A program made the position numbers and the translations under genes. Under the pieces are notes generated by a model. The model was not told the origin of the DNA. It saw nothing but the letters and a program-made list of their open reading frames with translations, and did not search any database. Below are positions 1 through 8,636 of a DNA stretch of 64,000 nt, in pieces; positions within the stretch are counted from its first letter, which is position 1, and every line of letters begins with the position of its first letter. Origin of the DNA: Candidatus Buchananbacteria bacterium CG10_big_fil_rev_8_21_14_0_10_33_19 (GTDB lineage Bacteria; Patescibacteriota; Patescibacteriia; 2-01-FULL-39-33); contig PEZY01000012.1 in assembly GCA_002773855.1 (NCBI GenBank), positions 4,255 through 68,254 of the forward strand, given 5' to 3'.

Positions 1-279
1 CCATTTATTGGTGCTATACCAGCTATTTTTATCGCTCTAACTCAGGCTCCAATTTTAGCCTTATTTGTCTTGATAGTTTATGTTATAATTCAGCAGTTGG
101 AAAATCATGTCATAGTGCCAAAGGTGATGCAAAAAGCCGTTGGCTTAAATCCAATCATAACTATTATTTCTATGATGATTGGCTTTAAATTAGCTGGAGT
201 ATTGGGTATTGTGATTGCCATTCCGGTGGCTACGGCTATAAGTATCGCTTTGAGCGATGTCTTGGAAATTAAAGAATAA
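1..279 (+). CDS. AI-2E family transporter (PerM/UPF0118-like), C-terminal fragment; the ORF is open from base 1
   Basis: Frame 1 is open from position 1 (PFIGAIPAIFIALTQAPILALFVLIVYVIIQQLENHVIVPKVM...). The C-terminal pattern iiQQ.EN..vvPkvm.k.vgL.P...ii....g..l.G..G...aiPv matches the conserved C-terminus of AI-2E/PerM permeases. Confidence 0.55.
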   Translation, partial: PFIGAIPAIFIALTQAPILALFVLIVYVIIQQLENHVIVPKVMQKAVGLNPIITIISMMIGFKLAGVLGIVIAIPVATAISIALSDVLEIKE

Positions 280-377
280 AAAAATAATTTATTAATTAAT
301 AAGTTTTTTGTGAACGCGGAATAGAATTTATTGATAATTATTATTCTGCCATTTGCGAAAAATAAGGGGAAAAAATA

Positions 378-935
378 ATGGCTTACAAAAAAAGAGGTGG
401 GCGTCAGGTTTCAGAAATAATTCCTGATGAGCAGGGTGATATAGATCAAGGAATACAGGATTTTGCATATGATGGTAATAGTGGCGGTGCAATGAAATTT
501 GTGATTGTTGCTTTGGTTGCAGTTATAATTTTAGTCGGTGGTTGGTATTTATTGGATAATTATACCAATATTAATTTGCCAGGCATGAGTAGTGATCAAA
601 ACTTATCTAACGGTTGGCAAGCTATATTCTTGTCTAATGGTCAGGTTTATTTTGGTAAGGTAGAAAAAATTACTGATCGAGATTTAGTTTTAACTGATAT
701 TTATTATCTTCAGGTTGTGACTAAGCCATTACAACAAAGTCAAGAAGCGCCAACAGTTGAACAGACTCAATCTCAACAAGAATTGACCTTAGCTAAATTA
801 GGTAATGAGTTACATGGTCCAGTTGATCGGATGGTAATTAATCGCGATCAGATTTTATTAACCGAACAATTAAAAGAAGACTCTAAAGTGGTGACCGCGA
901 TTACTGCTTATGTAACAGAGCAAGCTCAAAAGTAA
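378..935 (+). CDS. hypothetical membrane-anchored protein (single TM, then a Q/S-rich stretch)
   Basis: 185-aa ORF. The hydrophobic helix MKFVIVALVAVIILVGGWYLL follows a charged N-terminus. No recognisable catalytic motif. Confidence 0.45.
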   Translation: MAYKKRGGRQVSEIIPDEQGDIDQGIQDFAYDGNSGGAMKFVIVALVAVIILVGGWYLLDNYTNINLPGMSSDQNLSNGWQAIFLSNGQVYFGKVEKITDRDLVLTDIYYLQVVTKPLQQSQEAPTVEQTQSQQELTLAKLGNELHGPVDRMVINRDQILLTEQLKEDSKVVTAITAYVTEQAQK

Positions 936-957
936 TTATTGGTAATTTGTAAGTAAT

Positions 958-990
958 AAAAGGACGTGTAAAAGCACGTCCTTTTGTGTT
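958..990 (+). terminator. rho-independent terminator hairpin (AGGACGTG-taaaag-CACGTCCT plus T-rich tail)
   Basis: Perfect 8-bp stem with a 6-nt loop followed by TTTGTGTT, directly after the stop codon of the 378..935 gene. Confidence 0.6.
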
Positions 991-1025
991 ATAATTAATT
1001 TATAAATTAAGGTTTATTTATTCTT

Positions 1026-1763
1026 ATGTTACCTAATACTGCTAAAATTTTTAATGATGATAATGAATACGTTACTTTGGCTGATCTAGCAAAATCAGAG
1101 AGTTATAGTTTGGAATATTTATCTGATTTAGCTAGTCGTGGCAAGCTAAAATCTTTTAAAATGGGTGATGAGTGGATTACAACTTTGGATTGGTTTAATG
1201 ATCATAAAAAGTTCATTAAAAAAGCCATTGAATTAGAAATAGCTAACCATCCAATTCATTATGAAACTAATTGGGTCGATTATGTCACAGATCATAATCC
1301 ATTTTTGAGATTTTCTAGGCAGTTGGTTATCATATTAGTTATTTTTTCATTTATTTCTTTTTCTTTGAGTTGGTTAATATTTTCTCCAACTGGTCATAAA
1401 TTTGCGGTAAATAGTAGGGAATTAACTAATAAAAAATATGTAATTGGTAATTATTTTTTATATTATACTGATAAAGTTATGACCCATAGTAATAATTATT
1501 TTTCCTATGTGGTTACAAATTCAATTAATTCAGTTGATCGATTGTCTAAGTCATTGGCTGTAGCCAGTCAAGATACAATCTATTTAGTTAAAGTAGTTGA
1601 TCAAAATATTGGTCAAAATAAAATATCAGATGAAATCATTACCAATAAATTAGATCAGTTAGTTGAGGGGATTAAGGCTAAATATCAAGCAGTAGCCGGA
1701 GACAGCGCTATTAGGCAACAAATCTATTTTAATGAGTGGGAAAATATTGGGAATACTAAATAG
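1026..1763 (+). CDS. hypothetical membrane protein with N-terminal excisionase/MerR-like HTH-looking segment
   Basis: 245 aa. The N-terminus YVTLADLAKSESYSLEYLSDLASRGKLKSFKMGDEWITTLDWFNDH resembles HTH_17/excisionase-type DNA-binding domains. A central TM helix (LVIILVIFSFISFSLSWLIF) follows. Confidence 0.4.
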   Translation: MLPNTAKIFNDDNEYVTLADLAKSESYSLEYLSDLASRGKLKSFKMGDEWITTLDWFNDHKKFIKKAIELEIANHPIHYETNWVDYVTDHNPFLRFSRQLVIILVIFSFISFSLSWLIFSPTGHKFAVNSRELTNKKYVIGNYFLYYTDKVMTHSNNYFSYVVTNSINSVDRLSKSLAVASQDTIYLVKVVDQNIGQNKISDEIITNKLDQLVEGIKAKYQAVAGDSAIRQQIYFNEWENIGNTK

Positions 1764-1855
1764 TTAACTCAAGTTGTCAAAAGAGGTTTTTTTAGCTAAG
1801 ATAGTCTAGTTAGACTTTGGATTTTTAAGGTTAAGATAAATTATATAAAATACTT

Positions 1856-3232
1856 ATGTCGGTTAAAAAAGATGATTTAATGCAAAAAATAGTCTCTTTC
1901 TGTAAAAGAAGGGGCTTTGTTTTCCCTTCGTCAGAAATTTATGGTGGCTTTGCTAATGCTTATAGTTATGGTCCTTATGGCACAGAATTAAAAAACAATA
2001 TTAAAAAATTATGGTGGAAAAAATTTGTTCAAGATAGAGAGGATATTGTAGGTTTAGATGGTCCAATTATGCTTAATCCTAAATTGTGGCAAGCCTCTGG
2101 TCATACTAGTGGCTTTAATGATGCTATGGTTGATTGCAAGGACTGTAAAAAAAGATTTAGAGCTGATCATTTAGTTGAAGAATCAACCGGACAAGATTTA
2201 GAGGGGGATTTAGGGGCGATGTCTAAAACTTTAGTAACTGAAAAGGTTAAATGCCCTAATTGCGGTAAATCTAATTGGACTGAGGCCAGAAATTTTAACA
2301 TGATGTTTAAGACCGAAATGAATGGGATTGATGAGCCAGTTTATTTACGACCAGAAACAGCTGGTGCGATTTTTGTAGATTTTAAAAATGTCTTAGATTC
2401 TATGCGAGTTAAAATTCCATTTGGCATTGCTCAAATAGGTAAGGCTTTTCGTAACGAAATTATTGCTGGTAATTTTATTTTTCGTTTGCGGGAATTTGAA
2501 CAAATGGAAATAGAATATTTTATTGATCCAGAAATGAAATGGGAGCCATTGTTTGATAAGTGGTTGGATGTTCAGGAGGAATTTGTGTTAGCCTTGGGAG
2601 CTAATAAAGATGATATTAAGAGATACGAACATCCTAAAGAAAAATTATCACATTATTCTAAAAAAACCGTAGATATTCAGTATAATTTTCCATTTGGTTT
2701 TAGCGAACTTTATGGTTTGGCTCATCGTGGTGATTTTGATCTGTCTCAGCATGCCAAAGCATCTGGTGAAGATCTGGCTTATTTAGACCAGTCTGATAAT
2801 AATCGTAAATATATTCCTCATGTCTTAGAACCAACTTTTGGTGTTGATAGGAGCGTTCTAGTAGCGTTAACCGCTGCCTATACCGAAGAGGTAGTAGGTG
2901 ATGAAAGTCGAACGGTATTAAAATTTCCTAAGTCCATTGCTCCAATTAAAGTCGCTATTTTCCCATTATTAAAAAACAAAGAGAATTTAGTGTCCAAAGC
3001 TAAAGAAGTTTTTGATTCTTTAAAAGATAGTTTTATGTGTGAATTTGATGATAATGGTAACATTGGCAAAAGGTATAGACGACAAGATGAAATCGGCACA
3101 CCTTACTGTGTGACCATCGATTTTGATACCTTAGAAGACAACACAGTTACCATTCGTGATCGTGATAGTATGATTCAAGATAGAATATCTTTAGACTCGC
3201 TAAAAGATTATTTGGTTAAAAATCTTATTTAG
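1856..3232 (+). CDS. glyQS: glycine--tRNA ligase, dimeric class II type (GlyQS)
   Basis: 458 aa. N-terminal FVFPSSEIYGGFANAYSYGPYGTELKNNIKKLWW and later FRNEIIAGNFIFRLREFEQMEIEYF are hallmark class-II GlyRS motifs. The Zn-ribbon insertion CKDCKKRF...CPNCGK is present. Confidence 0.9.
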   Translation: MSVKKDDLMQKIVSFCKRRGFVFPSSEIYGGFANAYSYGPYGTELKNNIKKLWWKKFVQDREDIVGLDGPIMLNPKLWQASGHTSGFNDAMVDCKDCKKRFRADHLVEESTGQDLEGDLGAMSKTLVTEKVKCPNCGKSNWTEARNFNMMFKTEMNGIDEPVYLRPETAGAIFVDFKNVLDSMRVKIPFGIAQIGKAFRNEIIAGNFIFRLREFEQMEIEYFIDPEMKWEPLFDKWLDVQEEFVLALGANKDDIKRYEHPKEKLSHYSKKTVDIQYNFPFGFSELYGLAHRGDFDLSQHAKASGEDLAYLDQSDNNRKYIPHVLEPTFGVDRSVLVALTAAYTEEVVGDESRTVLKFPKSIAPIKVAIFPLLKNKENLVSKAKEVFDSLKDSFMCEFDDNGNIGKRYRRQDEIGTPYCVTIDFDTLEDNTVTIRDRDSMIQDRISLDSLKDYLVKNLI

Positions 3233-3316
3233 AATTTTTATTCTAAAAAATTAAATAGTTCTAGTGTTTTTTGACAATAGGAGTTATTTAATCATCTAAA
3301 AAATATTATTTAAATA

Positions 3317-4573
3317 ATGTATAAATTAAAAAAATTAGCCAACAATGTTCAATTAATTACTACGCCAATAGTTGGCACGCAAACTGCTAGTCTGCTAGTT
3401 ATGGTGAAAGTTGGTTCTCGTCAAGAATCAGGTAGGCTTATTGGTATTTCTCATTTTATTGAACACCTAATGTTTAAGGGTACTAAAAGGAGACCAACCA
3501 CTTCAGATATTTCTAAGGAACTAGATGGTGTTGGTGCTGAGTTTAATGCTTTTACTGGCAAGGATTATACTGGTTATTATATTAAATCTGATACCAAACA
3601 TTTATCACTGGCTATTGATATTTTATCTGACATGTTAACTGCTTCGAAATTTGATCCAAAGGAAATTGAAAGAGAGAAGGGTGTGATTGTAGAAGAAATT
3701 AATATGTACGAGGATAATCCAATTATGCACGTGGAAGATTTATTGGAAAATATTATGTATAGTCCTCATCAATTAAGCGTAGATATTATTGGTACTAGAG
3801 AGACTGTTAAAGGCATGAGTCGAGAAGATTTAGTAACGTTTAAAGAGCGATTTTACGGTGGCGATAATATAGTTATCTCTTTAGCTGGTAATTTTACTGA
3901 TGGTCATATTACAGAAATTGAAAACAGTTTTAATTTTAAAACTGAACATGAGACTGTAGAAATTGATAGAATTTTTATTGATCAGGAGTCACCACGAGTT
4001 TCTGTGTCCTATAAAGAAACAGAACAAACACAACTAGCTATGGGTTTTCCAGCCTATTCTCATACAGATGAACGCTTACCAGCTTTGAGTTTGTTGTCAT
4101 TAGTATTGGGGGGTAATATGAGTTCAAGATTATTTATTTCTATTAGAGAGCGTAGTGGCTTGGCATATTCGATTAGATCTGGTTTAGATGTTCATGAGGA
4201 TATTGGTGCTTTAGTAATTAGAGCTGGACTAGATAAGTCTCGAATTGATGACGCAATTAAATTGATTTTAGTTGAACTTAATAAAATAAAAGAAGGCGTA
4301 ACTGAAGATGAACTAGCTAAAGCTAAAGAATGCCTGTTTGGTCGTACTGCTATTGATTTGGAAGATAGCTCTAGTGTGTCTAGTTGGTATGCGACTCAGC
4401 ATTTAATGACAGGAGAAGTGTTAACTCCAGCTGAAAAAAACGCTAAAATTAGCGCAGTTACTTTAGATGATATTGTGAAGGTGGCTAATGATGTTATTAA
4501 TTTAAATAAACTTAGCCTAGCAATTATTGGACCATTTAAGGATGATGAAAAATTTAAAAATCTCTTAAAATAA
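3317..4573 (+). CDS. M16 family (pitrilysin/insulinase-like) zinc peptidase
   Basis: 418 aa. Inverted zinc-binding motif HxxEH is present as HFIEHLMFKGT near the N-terminus, followed by the downstream EREKGVIVEEI glutamate region typical of M16. Confidence 0.8.
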   Translation: MYKLKKLANNVQLITTPIVGTQTASLLVMVKVGSRQESGRLIGISHFIEHLMFKGTKRRPTTSDISKELDGVGAEFNAFTGKDYTGYYIKSDTKHLSLAIDILSDMLTASKFDPKEIEREKGVIVEEINMYEDNPIMHVEDLLENIMYSPHQLSVDIIGTRETVKGMSREDLVTFKERFYGGDNIVISLAGNFTDGHITEIENSFNFKTEHETVEIDRIFIDQESPRVSVSYKETEQTQLAMGFPAYSHTDERLPALSLLSLVLGGNMSSRLFISIRERSGLAYSIRSGLDVHEDIGALVIRAGLDKSRIDDAIKLILVELNKIKEGVTEDELAKAKECLFGRTAIDLEDSSSVSSWYATQHLMTGEVLTPAEKNAKISAVTLDDIVKVANDVINLNKLSLAIIGPFKDDEKFKNLLK

Positions 4574-4576
4574 AAT

Positions 4577-5842
4577 ATGAGAATAGGTATTGATTGCCGG
4601 ACAATTTTAAATGTTCAAAAAGGTGAAAGAGCTGGCGTTGGCCATTATACTTATTTTTTGGTTAAAAATCTTATTGCTATTGATAAAATAAATAGTTATG
4701 TATTATTTTTTGATGATCGCTTAAAAGAAGACGTTGAAGAATTTAGAAAATATAGTAACGTGACGGTTAAATTTTTTCCATTTTATAGATATAAAAAATA
4801 TTTACCAATAGTGTACTCTCAATTATTTGTGAGTTTTATACTAAACCAAGAGAACTTAGACATATATCATTCTCCAGCTAATGTTATTCCATTTTTTTAT
4901 AATAAAAAATCAGTTGTTACAGTTCATGATTTAGGAATATATAAATATCCAGAATTTTTTCCTAGAAAATCATTAAGTCGTCAGTGGTTACCTAAAAAAA
5001 TATTTGTTCCTAATTCATTAAAAAAATCCGAAATAATTATTGCGGTATCTAAAAATACTAAAAAAGATATTATTGAGCAATTTAATATTTCTGAGGAAAA
5101 AATTGAAGTTATTTATGAAGGTCGTCCTGATGATTTAGAATCTTGTTCGTCAATTGGCGATTTTCAAATCATTGCCGACAAATACGGTATTGGTGGTAAG
5201 TTTGTTTTGTTTTTAGGCACTATTGAACCACGTAAAAATATTGTTAACTTAATTAAAGCTTTTAGAAGCTTACATTTAAGTTTTGATTCACCTTTGTCTG
5301 ATTACCAGTTAATTATCGCTGGTAACCAAGGTTGGGATTATAGGCCGATTTATCAAACTATCTCTGATGCTAATGCTAGTATTTTGGGTATTAAAAATAA
5401 GAGAACTAGTATAGAGAGACGTAATCAAATAATAAATATTGAAAATGAGAGACGCAGTGGTAGTGGTCGCAGGAAAAAACAACCAATTAAATACATTGGT
5501 TATGTTACTCATGATGAGAAAATTGGTCTGTTATGTAATTCAAAATGTTTTGTTTTCCCAAGTTTTTATGAAGGTTTTGGTTTGCCGGTTTTAGAGGCTA
5601 TGAGCTTGGGAGTGCCAGTTATTACATCTAATTTAAGTTCATTGCCAGAAATAACCGGAGAAGATGGGGCTATATTAATAAATCCCAATAAAGAATCAGA
5701 AATCAGTGAAGCAATCCATCAGATTATTACTAATGAAACAACCAGAGAATTGCTAATTAAAAATGGCTTAAAACGAGCTGATCATTTCCATTGGCGTAAA
5801 TGTGCTAGAGAGACGATTGCAATATATAATTCTATTAAATAA
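4577..5842 (+). CDS. GT4-family glycosyltransferase (GT-B fold), with a low-complexity insert
   Basis: 421 aa. C-terminal FPSFYEGFGLPVLEAMSLGVPVITSN is the classic GT4 EX7E region. An R/K/S-rich insert (RRNQIINIENERRSGSGRRKKQP) is unusual. Confidence 0.8.
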   Translation: MRIGIDCRTILNVQKGERAGVGHYTYFLVKNLIAIDKINSYVLFFDDRLKEDVEEFRKYSNVTVKFFPFYRYKKYLPIVYSQLFVSFILNQENLDIYHSPANVIPFFYNKKSVVTVHDLGIYKYPEFFPRKSLSRQWLPKKIFVPNSLKKSEIIIAVSKNTKKDIIEQFNISEEKIEVIYEGRPDDLESCSSIGDFQIIADKYGIGGKFVLFLGTIEPRKNIVNLIKAFRSLHLSFDSPLSDYQLIIAGNQGWDYRPIYQTISDANASILGIKNKRTSIERRNQIINIENERRSGSGRRKKQPIKYIGYVTHDEKIGLLCNSKCFVFPSFYEGFGLPVLEAMSLGVPVITSNLSSLPEITGEDGAILINPNKESEISEAIHQIITNETTRELLIKNGLKRADHFHWRKCARETIAIYNSIK

Positions 5843-5843
5843 A

Positions 5844-5874
5844 AACTTCCCAATAGTAGGGAAGTTTTTATTTA
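5844..5874. terminator. bidirectional terminator hairpin between convergent genes
   Basis: AACTTCCC-aatagta-GGGAAGTT flanked by A-run and T-run; sits between the + gene ending at 5842 and the - gene ending at 5885. Confidence 0.6.
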
Positions 5875-5884
5875 ATATTTTAAT

Positions 5885-6385
5885 TTAAGAAATGAAGTAT
5901 ATAACCCAAGTTAGAAGCGTTAAAACAATTATTTGCATAAGTACACCGTATTGTAAAGGAAGGTCAAAGTTAATTTTATTAACTAAGATATTATGATTTT
6001 TGTTGTGGGCTTTATAAAACCATTTAATTGCTTTTAGTTCTTTGATTTTATAAAAAGCAACAGTGACGTCTGGAATAATACTACCAACTATCGCCCAGAT
6101 AACGTTATCGGCACGAGTAAATTCAAAGTTTTTAAAAATAAAAATAAGAAAGAAGGCTAAGACTAAACTATCAATGCTGCCGTAGAGAGCCATCATTTTT
6201 AGTTCACCATTGTCTTTTAGAAATTTAAGTTTTTCTGCCCAGAATTTTTTGCCCATGCGTGAGTCACCATGGGGTATTAAGTCTAGAATGAAGTGTGATA
6301 ACACACCAGCTAAAAATGCCAAAAAAGGATTGGGAATACTTTTACCAATAATGGTAGCTGCTGCAGCGTGTACAGTGATAAACAT
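5885..6385 (-). CDS. hypothetical polytopic membrane protein (His/Asp-containing, possibly a YdjM/DUF457-like membrane hydrolase)
   Basis: 166 aa with about 5 predicted TM helices. HFILDLIPHGD has spaced His/Asp residues. The family assignment is weak. Confidence 0.45.
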   Translation of the reverse strand: MFITVHAAAATIIGKSIPNPFLAFLAGVLSHFILDLIPHGDSRMGKKFWAEKLKFLKDNGELKMMALYGSIDSLVLAFFLIFIFKNFEFTRADNVIWAIVGSIIPDVTVAFYKIKELKAIKWFYKAHNKNHNILVNKINFDLPLQYGVLMQIIVLTLLTWVIYFIS

Positions 6386-6427
6386 ATATATAAAGGTTAA
6401 ATATAATCTATTGTATTATAGCAGATT

Positions 6428-6460
6428 TATTAAAATAAAAAAACGGCTTTAGCCGTTTTC
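6428..6460 (-). terminator. minus-strand terminator after tRNA-Leu (AAACGGC-ttta-GCCGTTT, then a T-run on the minus strand)
   Basis: Hairpin immediately 3' of tRNA-Leu(CAA) on the minus strand. The reverse complement gives the stem followed by TTTTTTTATTTT. Confidence 0.55.
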
Positions 6461-6545
6461 TGGTGCCGAAGGAGAGAATCGAACTCTCACTCCCGAAGGA
6501 ACACGATTTTGAGTCGTGCGCGTCTACCAATTCCGCCACTTCGGC
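6461..6545 (-). tRNA. tRNA-Leu(CAA), class II tRNA with long variable arm, CCA encoded
   Basis: The reverse complement folds as GCCGAAG/CTTCGGC acceptor, D-arm GCGGAATTGGTAGACGC, anticodon stem ACGAC/GTCGT with loop CUCAAAA, a long variable arm, T-arm GAGAGTTCGATTCTCTC, and 3' ACCA. Confidence 0.85.
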
Positions 6546-6552
6546 CAACTAG

Positions 6553-6624
6553 TAGCAGGGGCGGGAGTTGAACCCGCGACCAACGGCTTATGAGTCCGCT
6601 GCTCTACCACTGAGCTACCCTGCC
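6553..6624 (-). tRNA. tRNA-Met(CAT), elongator type (or tRNA-Ile2/lysidine type); CCA not encoded
   Basis: Reverse complement: GGCAGGG-TA-GCTC-AGTGGTA-GAGC-A-GCGGA-CUCAUAA-GCCGT-TGGTC-GCGGG-TTCAACT-CCCGC-CCCTGCT-A. Anticodon loop is CUCAUAA. There is a G1-U72 wobble and an A31-G39 mismatch. Confidence 0.75.
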
Positions 6625-6699
6625 ATACTAAATTTATTTTTTCTGAATTATTTCTCGCTACTTTCCAGAGTTAGCGTCAAATATCCTAGTTTAAAGTAA

Positions 6700-6743
6700 A
6701 AAGTTGAAAGGTAAAAGTAAGCACTTTATAGACTTTCAACTTT
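6700..6743. other. long inverted repeat (11-bp stem, about 22-nt loop) in the spacer between two minus-strand tRNA genes
   Basis: AAAGTTGAAAG...CTTTCAACTTT is a perfect 11-bp stem between the Met and fMet tRNA genes. It may be an RNA-processing or spacer structure in the tRNA operon. Confidence 0.4.
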
Positions 6744-6762
6744 CTAACTTTTAACTATCTTG

Positions 6763-6834
6763 TTGCGGGGGTGGGATTCGCACCCACGACCTCCAGGTTA
6801 TGGGCCTGGCGAGCTGCTACTGCTCTACCCCGCG
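6763..6834 (-). tRNA. initiator tRNA-fMet(CAT) with C1:A72 mismatch and A73; non-canonical C33 and G55
   Basis: Reverse complement: CGCGGGG-TA-GAGC-AGTAGCA-GCTC-G-CCAGG-CCCAUAA-CCTGG-AGGTC-GTGGG-TGCGAAT-CCCAC-CCCCGCA-A. The 5' CGCGGGG...CCCCGCAA closely matches E. coli tRNA-fMet acceptor features. The anticodon loop has C33 instead of U33, and the T-loop is TGCGAAT (G at position 55). Confidence 0.75.
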
Positions 6835-6839
6835 GAATA

Positions 6840-6868
6840 ATTGTAGCACATAAATATCATTTTGGCAA
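6840..6868 (-). promoter_or_regulatory. sigma70-like promoter for the minus-strand tRNA operon (TTGCCA-17-TACAAT)
   Basis: The reverse complement reads TTGCCA, then a 17-nt spacer, then TACAAT, ending 6 nt before C1 of tRNA-fMet. Confidence 0.5.
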
Positions 6869-6888
6869 GGTGTATTTGTATTTTTGTT

Positions 6889-6917
6889 TTGAAAGATTAG
6901 TATTTTTATGTTATAAT
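6889..6917 (+). promoter_or_regulatory. sigma70-like promoter for parA (TTGAAA-17-TATAAT); predicts a near-leaderless parA mRNA
   Basis: TTGAAA (6889-6894), 17-nt spacer, TATAAT (6912-6917). The parA ATG is at 6926, about 8 nt downstream of the -10 element. Confidence 0.5.
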
Positions 6918-6925
6918 AAAGTCAT

Positions 6926-7693
6926 ATGGGACAAGTAATTTCTGTTGTAAATCAAAAAGGCGGAGTTGGTAAAACAACTACAGCTGTTAATTTGGCGGCT
7001 TACCTTAGTCAATTAGGTAAGTTTGTTTTATTAATCGATTTAGATCCTCAAAGTAACGCCACTTCTAATTTAGGCGTTGCGAAGGATTTGGACAGGGGAG
7101 TTTATGAAGTTTTGACTGGACCATATTCCTTCAGGGAAGTAATGGTTGATACTGTTCATGAATATTATAAATTAATTCCAGCGACAGTTTCTTTGGCAGG
7201 TTCTAATGTGGAATTTGTTAATTTGGATCGTCGTGAGTTTAGGCTTTATGATAATTTATTAGAGATTAAAAATGATTTTGATTATATATTAATTGATTGT
7301 CCGCCATCGTTAGGTTTATTAACCATTAATGGTTTAGTAGCTTCTGATCGGGTTTTAATTCCCGTGCAGGCTGAGTATTTTGCTTTAGAAGGCTTGGGTC
7401 AGTTAATATCTACTATTGCTTTAATTCAAGAAAATGTTAAACCAGAGTTAGATGTTTTGGGAGCGGTCCTTACTATGTATGATAAGAGATTTAAATTAGC
7501 TAATGATGTGTTAATGGAGTTATATAAATATTTTCCTAATAAAATATTTAGATCAGTCATACCTCGTAATATTAAACTGTCAGAGGCACCTAGTCATGGT
7601 AAGACTATTTTAGCTTATGATCCAAAATCAAAAGGCGCGAAAGCCTATGATCGTTTGGCTAGAGAATTTGTTTATCATACTAATCATTATTAA
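6926..7693 (+). CDS. parA: chromosome partitioning ATPase ParA/Soj
   Basis: 255 aa. Deviant Walker A ISVVNQKGGVGKTTTAVNLA and Walker B ILIDCPPSLG are present. It lies directly upstream of parB. Confidence 0.9.
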   Translation: MGQVISVVNQKGGVGKTTTAVNLAAYLSQLGKFVLLIDLDPQSNATSNLGVAKDLDRGVYEVLTGPYSFREVMVDTVHEYYKLIPATVSLAGSNVEFVNLDRREFRLYDNLLEIKNDFDYILIDCPPSLGLLTINGLVASDRVLIPVQAEYFALEGLGQLISTIALIQENVKPELDVLGAVLTMYDKRFKLANDVLMELYKYFPNKIFRSVIPRNIKLSEAPSHGKTILAYDPKSKGAKAYDRLAREFVYHTNHY

Positions 7694-7718
7694 TTTTATT
7701 TAAAACTATAAAACTTCT

Positions 7719-8594
7719 ATGCAAAAAACATCTGGCCTCGGTCGAGGGTTGGGATCTTTAATCCCTAGCAAAAAACCAGTTAAAGAATTACTTGGCAGTG
7801 ATAGTGAAGTCGCTGATATTTTAGATACCAGAGAAAAAATTTCTCAATTGCCGGTTGGTCAAATTACACCAAATCCTCATCAGCCTAGGACTACTTTTAA
7901 TGAAGATGAATTACAAGAATTGGTTGATTCTATTAAAGAGCATGGCGTTATTCAACCAATTATTGTTACTAAGTTGGGAAATGGTTGGCAATTAATTGCC
8001 GGTGAAAGAAGATTACGTAGCTCTAAATTAGCTGGCTTGAATACAATCCCAGCTATTATTCGAGAGATGGACGAACAGAAAAAAATGGAGATTGCTTTGA
8101 TTGAAAATTTACAACGTAAAAATTTAAATTCACTGGAAACAGCTTTCGCTTATCAAAAATTAATAGATGAATTTAATTTAACTCAAGATCAATTATCTAA
8201 GCGAGTTGGTAAGAGTCGTAGTGCTGTAGCCAACACTCTTAGAATTTTAACAGTTATAGATGAAGTTAAAGAGGCGATTCGTGATGGTAAAATATCCGAA
8301 GGTCATGCCAGGGTTTTAGCTGGCTTGCCAGCAATCGATCAGTTGTCTACTTTGCAAAAAATTCTGTCAGATAGTCTAAGTGTGCGTGACACTGAGAAGG
8401 CTGGCAAAAAAGTGGTAGTAGAAAAACATATTCGTAAAGTAGCCTTTGATCCAGAGGTTAAAGCTAAAGAGGAATTGTTGCAATCAGCTTTGGGCACAAA
8501 AGTGGAAATTAAAAAAACTGGATCAACTGGACAAATTAACATTAAATTCTTTTCAGAAGAAGAGCTTAAAACTTTAATTGATAAATTAGTCTAA
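7719..8594 (+). CDS. parB: chromosome partitioning protein ParB/Spo0J
   Basis: 291 aa. ParB box QPRTTFNEDELQELVDSIKEHGVIQPIIV and the GERRLRSSKLAGL motif, plus an HTH segment (LTQDQLSKRVGKSRSAVANTLRIL). Confidence 0.9.
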   Translation: MQKTSGLGRGLGSLIPSKKPVKELLGSDSEVADILDTREKISQLPVGQITPNPHQPRTTFNEDELQELVDSIKEHGVIQPIIVTKLGNGWQLIAGERRLRSSKLAGLNTIPAIIREMDEQKKMEIALIENLQRKNLNSLETAFAYQKLIDEFNLTQDQLSKRVGKSRSAVANTLRILTVIDEVKEAIRDGKISEGHARVLAGLPAIDQLSTLQKILSDSLSVRDTEKAGKKVVVEKHIRKVAFDPEVKAKEELLQSALGTKVEIKKTGSTGQINIKFFSEEELKTLIDKLV

Positions 8595-8603
8595 GATAAT
8601 TTT

Positions 8604-8636
8604 AAAAAGCTACAGTTTATTATCTGTAGCTTTTTA
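8604..8636. terminator. bidirectional terminator between convergent parB (+) and rel (-)
   Basis: AAAAGCTACAG-tttattat-CTGTAGCTTTTT, an 11-bp stem with A/T runs on both sides. Confidence 0.6.

Noticed and set aside
5309-5512. Short antisense ORFs inside well-supported genes (e.g. 2878..3099, 5309..5512, 8339..8542, 10486..10683, 14778..15020, 16247..16501, 19226..19498, 19907..20326, 25014..26181, 26509..27101, 28927..29708, 31019..31882, 34094..34511, 37137..37472 and the many short ORFs inside the giant gene 47339..55759)
   Set aside because: They overlap longer ORFs that have clear conserved motifs. They are low-complexity or compositionally odd, and nothing in the sequence supports them. 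Treated as frame-shadow artefacts of an AT-rich genome.
6210-6452. 80-aa plus-strand ORF overlapping the 5' end of the minus-strand membrane-protein gene and the tRNA-Leu terminator
   Set aside because: It is fully antisense to a plausible membrane-protein gene and runs into the terminator/tRNA region. It has no RBS and no motif.
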